Of a stretch of DNA of 64,000 nt, positions 1-12,500 are shown piece after piece. The translations under genes were made by a program, and so were the position numbers. The number at the start of each line of letters is the position of its first letter. Within the stretch, counting starts at the first letter, position 1. A model generated the notes under the pieces. That model did not search any database. It saw nothing but the letters and a program-made list of their open reading frames with translations, and had not been told where the DNA came from. Source of the stretch: Antedon mediterranea (Eukaryota > Animalia > Echinodermata); assembly GCF_964355755.1 (NCBI RefSeq), contig NC_092679.1, positions 1,828,201 to 1,892,200 on the forward strand. Direction: 5' to 3'.

Positions 1-224
1 CTGTGAAAATTTGATAAACCTCACAAATTTTGCAATTGCAAATGGTTGTCTACAGTTGTACTGTGATACACATCATTAGTATGGATTGAGTGGCCTTTTT
101 ACATTTATTTGTTAAAGTGTCGTAATAACTGCGCAAACTTTATATCCTTTTCACAGCATGTACTATAGCGAATACTAATGTAAAATAAATGTGCTAAATT
201 GTCATTACTTTGTGCACTTAACAG

Positions 225-1080
225 ATGATAGGCTGACGTCACCGCATCGGGCACTGTCCATGAAAACACCTCTATCCAACTCAATAGTCCTACCAAATGG
301 TCTTGTGTTAATGAATGCTAAGCTCGGGGCTATCGAACGCAAGCCTACGCTATCGGATTTAGCAGATATGGCACTTACGGAGTCGTATCGAAGGAGGTAG
401 GTATTATTAAATGAGTGAACTCTAGAGGGCACTATAGGTCAAAGTCTTTAAGAATGACCTATTTGATGATGTCAAATATATGTCAATTAGTTTGTTTGAT
501 AATTTAAATTGATTTATCTTGATTTTAGCCATCTGTTTTGCAACAATAAACATCATCGTCCTCTTCTGTTGTCATTTGGTTTTCTTGTATATATACAGAT
601 GTCAATGGACTGACCTAGATACTAAGTTATATTATTTTTACTTAATTGTCTCGTTTCTTTTTTAGGAGTGGCAATCCTGACAACTGCATCCCATCACCTG
701 CACCAGCAGAGGATCATACCTATAGTATTGGCTCAGCTGTACGCAGGGCAATCCCATCTGCAGCTCTACCTACCGAGAAGGGTTACACTGCTTCCGAGGA
801 AGACCCAATGGAGAGTGACATAAGTGATTTCGAGAGTGTCGGTACCGAATCCGAAATGGAGGATGAGGACGAATCCTGCGGACTGGGTGATAGCGGATAT
901 GGTTGTGGGTTCCGTGGCGAACTGAAGGTTCGTCTACCGATCAAGAAAAGAACAGTGTCTGGTTCTCCGGTGGCCATGCAGACAGCGGATTCAGCAGCTG
1001 TAGAAGGTGCCGATCTGCTGCTCAACTTAGCAGGAGTGACCCGTACGATCACTCCACCAAATCAAATCACAGCGAGATGA
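225..1080 (+). CDS. FOXN2/3: Forkhead box N2/3 transcription factor, last two coding exons (225-396, 666-1080); 5' part lies outside the window
   Basis: AG/GT-bounded exons with compatible phases (AG+G=Arg). The protein has EDHTYS, an acidic tract, GDSGYG and GADLLLNLAG, matching the FOXN2/FOXN3 C-terminal motifs (EDHNYS, DSGYAS, AAGSLLHLAG). The forkhead domain itself is not in the window. Confidence 0.85.
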
Positions 1081-1567
1081 TTTGAGAAAATCTAACAAAC
1101 ATGTAGATAAAAAGTCAGGGTGATCCTTTTCCAAAACTGGTGCCACTAAGAAGAAAGATGTTTGATTCAGCTGATCAGAAAGGGATGAGTTTATCCTCGC
1201 ATCAGAAATGTGCTATACTACATTAAGAAAACTGTTTGAAGAAGTTTATTGCCTAATAAGTGAAAGGTTACTGGTATTATGTAACCGATTAACATTTTCC
1301 ATTTTTAGTGTCTGATGGATGGAAACTATTGATGTACATGAGATTGTGTATATTGGAATGAAAAATGCATCAACTATTTAATTATCTTCCAACGGCCTAC
1401 TTGGCTGTGATGATTGTTTTTTGCTAAAACACTCATCAACGCATTGTTTTGGACATGTTTGTCGTGTTAGAACAAAGCTAATTTCGTCAAGTTTACAAAG
1501 CACTCGTTGCGTTATTTGAATTAAACTAGAAAATACTAATGTGTTCGGAGTTCAGTGCCAAACCCTT

Positions 1568-1792
1568 TAGTATCGAATTAAGAATGTCCGTAAGATTCAC
1601 ACGGATTTAATAAGTCCGCTAGTATTGTATCGAGTGTTTCGTACAATTAACACAGCTGTGATAACTTAACTAGTATTGTAGAATGTCTGTAAGATTCACA
1701 TGGCTATGATGGGTCCGCTAGAGTGTCGTAAAATGACATGGCTGCGACTCCTAGTATCGTAGAATGTCGTAAGACTCGCAAAGCTGTGATGT
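1568..1792 (+). repeat. Degenerate ~35-52-bp tandem repeat (about 5 units) in the FoxN2/3 3'UTR
   Basis: Recurring TAGTAT..AGAATGTC.GTAAGATTCACA..GCT..GAT motif. Confidence 0.6.
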
Positions 1793-4101
1793 TCCCTGGA
1801 ATATTTCCAACGCAACTCCCATAAACTGTGCTTCCAAATAATGTATGATTTTTTTATACATTTATATATTTAATGGCGCACGAGGCAAACTTGCATGAGT
1901 TTGCGATTATTGTGTTGTCATGTATATAAATATATATTTTTATGTTAATATATAGTTTAGTTTTTATGTTCGTTGGGTAAAAGATTAGTAGGAAAATAGT
2001 ACCTCTCCATAATATATATTTTAATATTTGTACGGAACTTCCGTTTTTCCAGTTTACACATCATGTCTAACCTAATAAACCATGAACAAACAATTTTACT
2101 AAGTCTCTTTTTTAATGAATGTGTATGATGTATACAATGTGTATACAACTCCAGGGTGTTTCACAATTTTAATTCGATTCAATTCGTAAGTAGTTTAATT
2201 TTTGCTGGGTTTTTCTCAATTATTTGGTGCTTAATGGGGAATGCTGCTTGGGGAATGCTGCTAAAGATATATGGGATGTTATGCAACTACGTCACAGAGT
2301 AGAACAAAACAAAAAGAATATTTTGTTTGGAATTTCTAATTATATGATTCCTTCTTCACTCGGTATGTTTAATATTTTGAATTCTAATTTTAGATTGATA
2401 GTAAAATTGTGCAAAATGTACTGCATCAAACAACTCAAGATTCATTTACATATTTTAATTTATTACTGAAATGTATTATTCATTATTTTTACTGAATTCT
2501 AAAAAATTAAAGTGCTGGTTTTTTCCTCTATTTTTTAAATATTTTTAATATCCGGCATAAATATTCTGCCAGTAAATATTCTGCCAGTAAATATTATTCT
2601 CGAAACAATTTAATATTACGAATTATTTTAATGCTTATGTATTTTTTAAAAAATTATAAATTATTTCGTATTTTAAATATATTTTACAACTTCTTCCATT
2701 GTATATAAATTTAGCAACAAGAAACGATGATTTCTTTCATTGTGTATAGGATTAAGAAAAAATGGGTTTTTTTTGGAATTTTAATATGTATCATCCAATT
2801 ATGGGAAAATTATATTTACTGTATTATTAAGAAAGCAAAAAAGTCTTTACAATAAGTGAAGATTTATAATTTAAAAACTAATAATTGCGTAATAAAGTCT
2901 CCGAGGTGCTTGAAAGGAAGAACGTTAGCCAGCATCGTCCAAAGAAAAAAGGTGAAAATTCTTGGTATTTAGTTACCATAATAATATGTAATGGGTATAA
3001 CATATTTAAAGGTATGCCTCTAAAATAGACGTATATTATTCAATTTGTGAATTAATATTTTTTTCTGCCATATAATCCTTTATTATAAGGTAGTTTTTAT
3101 TGCAATAAAAGTTAATGATGATATGGTCACCAAAAAATGAACAGAGATATAAATGATTACAGAGCTCTTGGGTAGAATACCATTCTAACTCTTTGTAATT
3201 AATTCTGTAACTTTCGTTAAGTATATAGTTTTTCCCATTTAATTCTACATTTAGTTTAGAATAATCATAACATTAATTATAGTTAATATACAGAAGTCTA
3301 ATGTTTAGTTATAAGACATATGGCAGTACTTTACTATCTGCCCAAGTATTAAGTATTTAATTACTATATTATTAATAATTATTTTAAATATGATATGGCG
3401 TTAATATATACTAGCCATATCATGAACAAAAACAGTAATACGTTTAATTAATTTTAACAAAAATCCAATGTTATTTAACTCAATATTTTAAGGTTTTACA
3501 ATTTTAGTAAAATGCAATGTGTGGAAGGACGTTTAACCTATTGGGGTAATTACAAACAAAAGTAATTATTATAGTTTAATTCTTGCAATAAAATTTATAT
3601 TTTCTCATTTTTTAAATTGTTATTAATCAAGAGAATGTTTTGAACAAATGTTTTGTGCTGGTGTTTTACTAATTTTTAACTCTGATCAAATTTCATTGAA
3701 ATGTGTTTTCAAACAAAAACACTTTTTATTCAGTCACCGTATTAAAATATTAAGTTTTTGAAAATTAAATCAATAACAAATTAATAATCATTTAATTATG
3801 TCGACGATACAGTTTTATTAATTACTAATGCACAGAATGTTTTGGTTTTTAGAAATTGGCGTTCTGAAAATACTCTGATTTCTTGTTTAAACTTCTTGAT
3901 TTACAAATGTTCTAGTGAATGTTTCAAGAGGAATGATTACTTTTTATATACAAAGGGAAAATAATTGTATGTTATGTAACATAGCTCATTAATAAGACAA
4001 ACGTAGTCAAGATTGTAAACAAAAGGGGAATAGATACAGTAAGTAGAATAGGGCAAAAAGAACAACACCAAACGCTGTAATATGCATACAAAAATGGAAC
4101 A

Positions 4102-4152
4102 AATAAACTCAAAATTTCATTTTTGTGTTTAGTGAATGGTTTTGTGTTTATT
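4102..4152. terminator. Convergent polyadenylation signals: AATAAA on + at 4102-4107 (FoxN2/3) and on - at 4152-4147 (TMEM223)
   Basis: Each hexamer is followed on its own strand by a GU/U-rich tract. Confidence 0.45.
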
Positions 4153-4557
4153 GCAAATATTTGTCAATCGATTACATTAAACAATTTTAGATACGGTATT
4201 TGCTCTTTCAGGGATCAAAAGCGTTAAATTATCATCGAGCTATTTATGTGGAAAATAATTTAAATACTGATTAAGGTGTGTAGGCCATAATACCATATAT
4301 GCCAACAATCTATCGAGTATCGTCAACTAAATTTGGACACAAAACTTTGGTTTAAAATCTCACCCCACAATGTTTGTATCCTCTGAGATTACATTTGAAT
4401 AATATCCAGTATATCTTCATAAGTTCACCCCAAATATAACATAATGTTTGAGGGTTCATACCCAATATGACAATGAAAGCATGATTTTAATAATTGTTTT
4501 ATAGATTTTTATTTTAAAAATTGTCTGTATACACATCACACTGTTACACACAGCTTT

Positions 4558-5707
4558 CTAGAAATACCTTGTTACTGTTACAACATTATCAAATAATCTA
4601 CCATAATAGAAATTTCCATCGGTCGCATCCAGTGAATAAAACAGCTTGTGATTTTTTACTTTAATTGGCAGCGTTGATTTTCCAGCATGCCGCGTATAAT
4701 TGCAGGACACTTCCGTAATTGGCACGGTGAAGGTGTAACCCTGTGCGAAAATACCGTACGTTTCAAAGGTAAGATGCTGTCCACCTTGGCGTAAGACAAG
4801 AGCACTGATGTTCTTCCGGGAATACAGAAAAGAAAGTACGAAAATTGTTCCACCTGAAAATAAGCAAAGACAGTAGTATGTGAAAGCATTGTTGTTACAG
4901 TACTACCAAATATGGTAGTGATATGACATCATGTCCATATATGGGCACATAACATTTTTGTGTTTGTTTGATCATTGTAGAATAGGCTTTATAATACTGT
5001 ATATAGTTGACTATATTATAGTCAACTCTGCCAATTGGGCTGACCAAATATAATATAATGGTAAAAATAAATTTGAAAAAAGAAAAAGTCTGGTATTTAG
5101 AGAGTTTCTGGTTTTTAGAGTCTAGTATTGGTTGAGTTGACTGTAACACCATTGTTCTGGAATCAAAACTTGATATAAATGAATGACTTCTTTATAACAA
5201 TTTTATGTACGAACCTGCTGCCATTGACAAGGCAGTGATCCCATATCTCCATCTCGAAGCAGACATGTTCAGCTTGATCCCTTCCCACGTCGTCCATTTT
5301 CGTAACTCTTTTGGAGTGCCATCTGGACCGTACTTTATTTGCTGTTTTATGTACGAGTCTTTCATAGAAGTGAAAGCCACATGTGTCAAGTAACCCCAGA
5401 ACACCAATTGACTAACAGCAAATAAACTAACAAACTGGAACAGTCTTTTTTGATTACCACGGTAAAGTAAAACAGGCTTTGTAATTTCAGCTCCTAAGAC
5501 TGTACTACTACTAGTACTACAGTTTCTAAATAAAAGTACTCTATTCATTATTGGCACAGCAGATCTAGTCTTACAGGCTTGATAGTATGCAAATGTCCAT
5601 CTCGAATATTGTGGTGTCACTTTTGTAATCAGTTTGCAACTGTGCAGTTGAAACGTGGGGAGGGTCTGCAATAATTTCTGGGTGCATATTTTTTGGAAAA
5701 GCTGCAT
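4558..5707 (-). CDS. TMEM223: Transmembrane protein 223 (mitochondrial inner membrane); coding exons 5707-5215 and 4853-4558, ~262 aa; start codon uncertain
   Basis: A phase-1 GT-AG intron (5214-4854) joins ...VLLYRGNQKRLFQFVSLFAVSQLVFWGYL...RWRYGITALSMAAG to GTIFVLSFLYSRKNISALVLRQGGQHLTFETYG...LPIKVKNHKLFYSLD...RLFDNVV, typical of the TMEM223 family. TAG stop at 4560-4558. Confidence 0.88.
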
Positions 5708-6284
5708 GATGATGGGTAACAATTTTCGTTTTGTTCATTTATTATTATTTGCAGATGAGTGAGAGATCTGCTACAATTGGTCTTCACATAGGTAACATAC
5801 AAATACAATAGAGTACATCTTTGTAACCTGAAAAATAGAATTAATAAATAATATGAATATTAATGATTGTAATTGTAGGTATGTATGGAAAAATAAAGTA
5901 AAAAATTTGTTTACAACTATGCACACCTATCCTACTACTGTTTCAGAAAACCATATAATAGATTGTCTATGTAGCCTGGTTTAAAATATGCATTACTTAG
6001 AGCAACCGTGTAGAATATAGGTAGGCCTAGGTTGTGAGGCCTAGACCATGTATAGTGTATATTGTGTGGGGGCGATGATGGGAAGAAAAGGGACTGACTG
6101 ACTGACTGTTTAATACTCTAGCCTAGTCTAGGCCTAGCCACTTTTAAATATTGATAACATTAAAAAAAACAGACTGTGTCTTGTGAAAATTATATAAAAA
6201 TTGATATTTCATTATTTAATACAAGTTAACAAACCACAAATTATTAATTTAGGCCTAAATATATCTGCTTTTTAAAAACAAAAA

Positions 6285-6473
6285 TACTCGCGATCGTCGT
6301 TTGGCGGGCGCGGCCATGTGTGTCTGACCTATTTTGTAACGGGTCAGTGAACATAACCTTTGTTCCTCTCTCCCCTTTTTTTGAGCTGGCGAGACATGTT
6401 ATGATTTCATATTAGCGGCGGAAGAAACGCCCTAATTTCACGTGAAAAGGACACTTTTTTAAATTGTAACATC
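6285..6473. promoter_or_regulatory. Putative bidirectional promoter between TMEM223 (-) and PPP1R21 (+)
   Basis: Local CpG/GC-rich patch between divergent genes. It contains a YY1-like GCGGCCATGT (6310-6319), an ETS-like CGGAAG (~6418-6424) and a palindromic E-box TCACGTGA (6438-6445). Confidence 0.6.
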
Positions 6474-6524
6474 ATGTCTGATATACAAACAAAATATCAA
6501 AAATTAGCTCAAGAGTTTGCAAAG
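6474..6524 (+). CDS. PPP1R21: PPP1R21 exon 1
   Basis: MSDIQTKYQKLAQEFAK|gtaaat. Confidence 0.92.
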
Positions 6525-9500
6525 GTAAATTTTGATAAATAATGTCTATTAAATGACATATTCCTCTAACTAGTGACAGCAGAGAGGCCTCTCTAGGCCT
6601 ACATCCGATCGTGTGGCCTCGCATGGCTTAGCCGGCCGGATGGGTTGTTGCTGGCCTAGCCTAGGCCTAGCAGATTGAACCAGATGTGCACATGAATGGG
6701 TTATACAATACACAAAGTGGATGCCTAACTTTTCTATATATTAACTAGGCCTACCCTAGTAGTAGTACTAGTAATTGAAGGCCTATTACTATTTTAGGCT
6801 ATTTAGCTCGGCCCGGGATATAGATTAAAATTGTCCAATTTAATTTTTTAAGATGTTATTTTCTTTTTTTAGCTGCGTGCTCAAAATCAGGTTTTAAAGA
6901 AAGCAGTGATTGAGGAGCAAGGCAAACAGACACAGTTTAAGGTGAAACATTGGACATATGATTAGGCACTTGTCAATTGTATGACCCACTATACGACCCC
7001 CGGGAGAGGTGCGTCATGGATGCGTCATTTACAAATAATTACTGACGCAGGGGTGCGTCAAAAAACCTAGATGGTACGTCACATCAATGAACAAGGTGTG
7101 TCAATGTCCGTCACTTTACCACCCACCATATCATAAACAACATGGTCACAGTGCGTCAAAATGGGTGCGTCATGGTCACCTAAAGGTAAGTCACCTTTTG
7201 CGTCATGGTATTCAAAAGTATGACGCACATCGGACAAATGACGCACCTCTCCTGGGGGTTGTATAGTGGGTCATACAATTGACAAGTGCATTATTATTAT
7301 ATAGAACAAACTTCGACCGTTTTGTCTTTTTTGTCATTTTTGTCATCGCCTGGAAAATGTATACCGTCCGTATTAATTCCAGTTTCCAGGCTTGGCCTAC
7401 AGTACCATTTAATAACCTGACAAAAAAAATATTTTAAATTAAATGCATTGTGCAAGGATAGAATCTTTGCACATCCTTACAATGCAAATGCATTGATTTC
7501 TATATTGAAGTTTCTCTGTTTTGTTTCATTTCATTTATTTGTTTTTCTTTACAGGATGCCATTAAAGAACGTGATCAAAAGGTTCGTAAATTTGAGCAAG
7601 AGATTGACAGCCTCACTTTCCGAAACCAACAACTGACAAAGCGTGTCAACATTTTGCAAGATGATCTGGAAGTAGCAGAGTCTAGAGCAAAGAAGGGCAA
7701 GGTATGCAAATTAAAACAATCTAACATCAGGATGATGAGCTTCAGAGATTAAAGGGTTTATCTGTGGCTGCAAGACTGTCAGTTCCATGACTGTATGCTG
7801 CAGAAAATATGTACATTGTACATTACTATTGGTATATCTGTCGCAGCCAGATAAAGGACTGTTACGATTTTCTATCTTGGCAATGCGAGCTTAGTGTCCA
7901 GTTGTTAGATTGTCTACCAGCAGGTAGGCTTCCAAAGCTGAAAAATTATCCTGAAGTTGCTGAGATTACCTCTGGTAGTATCGGCTCCCTCTGTAAACAG
8001 TTTTACCTACGCTTGAGTTTCTGATATTGCTGCGAGTCTGTTAAGAATCTGTGAGTTTGTCCTGGAATTCTTCTGCTTTTTTACTAGCGAGGCCAATGAA
8101 AAGCGATTGAATTCGCTGTTGGAGTTCTTCGAGCCTAGCATAGCATGTGTTATGTATGTTTGTTGTTTGTATTTGTAAAATCTGGAATAAATTGATTTGA
8201 ATTATGATTTAATAATTCTCTTCTATTTTCAGCATGATTTTGTAAGTACTAAATCTCTAAAAGATAAATAAAAATAATTTTTATTTGTTCTCTAGAACAA
8301 AGTAACTACTGAGCCTGTTGCCCGTCCAAAATTAGAACAAAATGTAATTGGAGAAGAGCTACGCAATAAAATACAGGAAAACGAAAGGCTGCATATACAG
8401 GTACGCTGACATGTTTTTTTATTCTATTCAATTTAAAATTTGATGTCAGATTTTTTTAAGAAATAGCTGTTTTGAAGAGAGACAAGGATAGGATAATTTA
8501 AAAATAACACTAGCAATTCTTGATGACCTCTGTGTAACATGTGATGTACCCATATATGGACATGGTGATGTCATATCACTACCATATTTAGGCATATCAC
8601 TACCATATTTAAGCACATCACACTTTTTTTTGTCAAACTTGTTTGATAGTGTAGACAGAGCTTCAGGAGGAGTAAAGAAATATGGGTTTGTGCATAATTT
8701 TCATTTCAAAACATTTATATTATATATTATATTTATAGCTTAATGTGATTATAAAATTTGTTTTAATAGTTTAATCAGTCATCGGCTGAACACCAGCAGA
8801 CTATGTTATCACTCCAAGATCGGTTGTACGCCTTAGAAAATGAAAATAGTCAACATCAGAGGATCCTAGAAACAACTCAAAAACAAAATAAAGACATGAT
8901 CGAGAGACTTCAACAAGATAAAGCTAGGCTGGAAGTGAAGATACGTAACATGGAAAAAGAGGTAAAATATTTACAATAATTATTTTATATTTAATGATGT
9001 AATAGCTCTGTAATTTGGTAGGTTGCCTTGTGATCCTATTCTTCATTAAATTCAGTTTTTGCATAGTAATTTCCATATGCCAAATACATTGCTGTCATAC
9101 AGAGAGACCCGGGTTCAGTTTCCGGCACCTCCCAGTCTACTCAGCTGTAAATGAGTACCTGTTAAAAATGCTATGGAGAATAAGGCGGCGTGGAAAAGAA
9201 CTGGCCACCCTATTAATACTGCCGAGGCTAGTAAAATGAGCTCCTAACAGCTCGTTACCCTACGTTCAGAAATAAATCAAAATCATACTTTAAAACTCTG
9301 AAATTCCTTCTCTTTAACTGAACAGTTTGGGAAGGCTTGAGTTTTTGCAGAGTTGACTGTTTGACTTAACAGCCACCGTTTGTACTCGTAGATGATTTTA
9401 GAAAATGCAATTTCTCATTTTGTAATACAGTAATACAAATACTACTCTGGTTTTTTTTTTGTATTAGTCGGGAGATGCAGTAATGAAAGCTGAAAAAAGT

Positions 9501-12500
9501 GAACAAGAATTAAGAATACTAGAAGAAGATCTAGGCAGTAAACTAGAGGTTGCTAGGAAACTAATCACAGATAAACTACCATTTAATGATACAGGTAACT
9601 ACACAATTATTGATTATTAAGGATAAAATGTGGGATTATGGATAGGATAAAGAGTTTGTTTACAGGAGGGCTTAAAAGATAGCCGATAAGATAACGATGT
9701 AATTTATAATTTTATATTGATTTAATGATTGATTGATTGGTCACTTTATTTCTAAATAAAAATTCCATATATACAACAAACAATACAAAACAGAAAATCT
9801 CACTAAAATAGGATTTTCTGCTACTTAGTGAAAGGATTTGAAGATCATAACAGATAGTTCGTAGTGCACCTAACAAGATCATTTTCACTATTCAAAACTC
9901 CTATTCTAAAACCATAGACTATACTAAGACTATAATAGACTATTTTTTGTAAATGGTTATTATTCATAATGAGACATTTACAAGTGTTGACCCGCAGGTC
10001 ACACACCAGGGTACTAATTCTGTAGGCTTGTGTAAATGATATATTCAGATATGGTTAAAGGTCAAACACAAATACAAAAAGATATCTAGCATTAAACCCT
10101 AAATATTATGTATTTATGATTTCCGGTTGTAAAGATAATAATAAAAGCGTGATTTTCGAAGATCTCATGTAAATCGCACAACTATTTTTTGCATAATTTA
10201 ATGGAAGTCTTTAGTAGTGAATATTTGGTAAAAATCTGTTAAACAGTGTTTTTTACCCGAAACTCAAAATTGTTATAAAAGAAATATAGAATTGACATGA
10301 CCCGATTTTCTCATTTTACTGTAAAGGTTAAATTTGTAAATATTTTTTTGTAGAACTTCGCAAATTCAATGCCTTGAATGTCCCTACTCACGATCGAAAA
10401 CAACAGGTATGTTTGGATTTTTTACATTATTAAATTACATATGGTAGTGATAACATCATCATGTCCATATATGGTCACATCACATTTTTTTTGTCACATA
10501 AAGTTTGATATTGTAGACAGAGCTTTAGATACCAAATGATACTCACACAATTTGATACAATTTTGAAATGAAAGAAGAGGGCATATTCCCATACTTTGAT
10601 TTCATAAACTTTTAATTTTAGAAATTGAAAAACATTAACCATTATATCAGTAGTAATGTTTCAACTTCAAACTATGATAAAACAACATTGATTTTTTCAT
10701 TTTCAGCAAAGAACTAAAGAGTTGGTTGGAAAGGCTAAAGTGCTAATGAGTGAGATGTGCTCAGCGTTGTCTAACTTTCACACTTACACAGAGCAGAGAA
10801 CCAAGATATTTCCAGTTGATGCATCTGCTGGTAGCCTAAGTGTCGTGAACGCCAAAGTAAGTTTGTTGTAAACCGTGTGTCTATATTAAGTGCTGAAGCC
10901 AAAGCCAAATTCACAATAATGTTAACAATATACATAATTGTTATCATTGCAAAGGTGTTTTTTCCAACTCTGATGTAAATTTGATCGAAATTTTTTCCCT
11001 AGTATTCACAATGTGCTTTATTCATTAAAAATATAAATAATATTAAAGCTCTGTCTACACTATCAAAATGTATGTGATAAAAAAAAAATGTAATGTGCCC
11101 ATATATGGGCATGATGATGTCATACCACTATCATATGTGGGCATATCACTACCATATTTGGGCATATCACTACCATATGTGGGCATATCACTACCATATT
11201 TGTGCATATCACTACCATATTTGGGCATATCACTACCATATTTGGGCACATCACACTTTTGTGGAACTAGACAGAGCATAAGATTTTAGTTTGCATTCAT
11301 TCACATAATTTTCTTGTTCAATTTCATTTGCATAGTTTTGTACTTATCTTAGTTTTGTACTTATCTTAGTTTTGTAATTATCTTAGTTTTGTACTTATCT
11401 TAGTTTTGTACTTATCTTAGTTTTGTACTTATCTGCATGAGAACGCTGCATATCTGAGGTCAATTGAAAAAAGCTTCAACAACTTTTATGATGATATTAC
11501 TGAAGATGCTCTTACAACTCTAGTAAGTCTTGTTTTTATTTGATTTATACCTTTCTGTATTGTATATTGATATTTTTGTTAATGCACCTTGAGCACTCTT
11601 GAGTGCTATGTGGGCTATATAAATCTATATTATTATTATTAAATTATTATGTTTTTCACATTTTGCAACACATTTTTGATTAAAAATGTTTATTTATTTT
11701 GTAGGAAACAGCTACAGGTCTACAAGACTTTTCTAGTAAATTTAGCAAATATGTGTCGTACTTAAATAAGCTACTTCCATATCAGTTGTTAAGGTTAGTG
11801 TATTATAAATACTTCATGTGTGATGTGGCTGAATATGGTAGTGATATGCCCAAATGTGGTAGTGATATGCCCAAATATGGTAGCGATACAACATTATCAT
11901 GTCCATATATGGGCACATCACATTTTTTTGTCACGTAAAGTTTGATAATGTAGACGTAGCTTTAAATTAGAAATATTCAAAACTTTATTGATTGTTTTCA
12001 GTTTGGAAGAAGAGTGTGCATTATCATCGTGTTCACAAACGCTAGAATCAAGAAACATGGAATTGCACAGTGCCCTCAAGAAGCTCACATCAGCATTTAC
12101 AAAGTTAGACTCTTATGTACAGTTGTTAGCAATGACCAGTAAGAAATCAGGTGATCTACCACAGGCCAATCACAGGGAGTTCTTCAATAAAATGATATCG
12201 AGTGTCACCTATCTGTCCAGTATAGTTAAAGGTAAGTTATTATTATTTTTTATTAATCTTCATTTTTCATGTTTTTGGGAGACAATATATCTTTAAAGCT
12301 TTCATATGTACATTAAAGAGTCGCATCTCTACATTTTAAACCTACCATGTCAAGCGTACTTTGGTACAGTATTTCAAAATTGGATGGAGTCTGAGAAAGT
12401 AGATAGTAGATGTCAGAAAATTACGGATGTGTTGAAAGAAATTATAACAGTATTTTATGGTATCATGGGTGGGTGATGTTTTAAAATTAGGTTGGGTAGC

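Noticed and set aside
783-1052. Antisense ORFs over the FoxN2/3 exons
   Set aside because: Shadow frames of a GC-richer coding exon.
7790-8210. Possible LINE 3' fragment or snoRNA in intron 3 (similar tail near 21380-21490)
   Set aside because: Only a short shared tail motif; no RT frame or complete C/D box pair could be verified.
11055-11289. Heptad-repeat ORFs (YGSDMPK, YHYHIWA), also at 30966-31184
   Set aside because: Translations of the internal 21-bp repeats of MITE family A.
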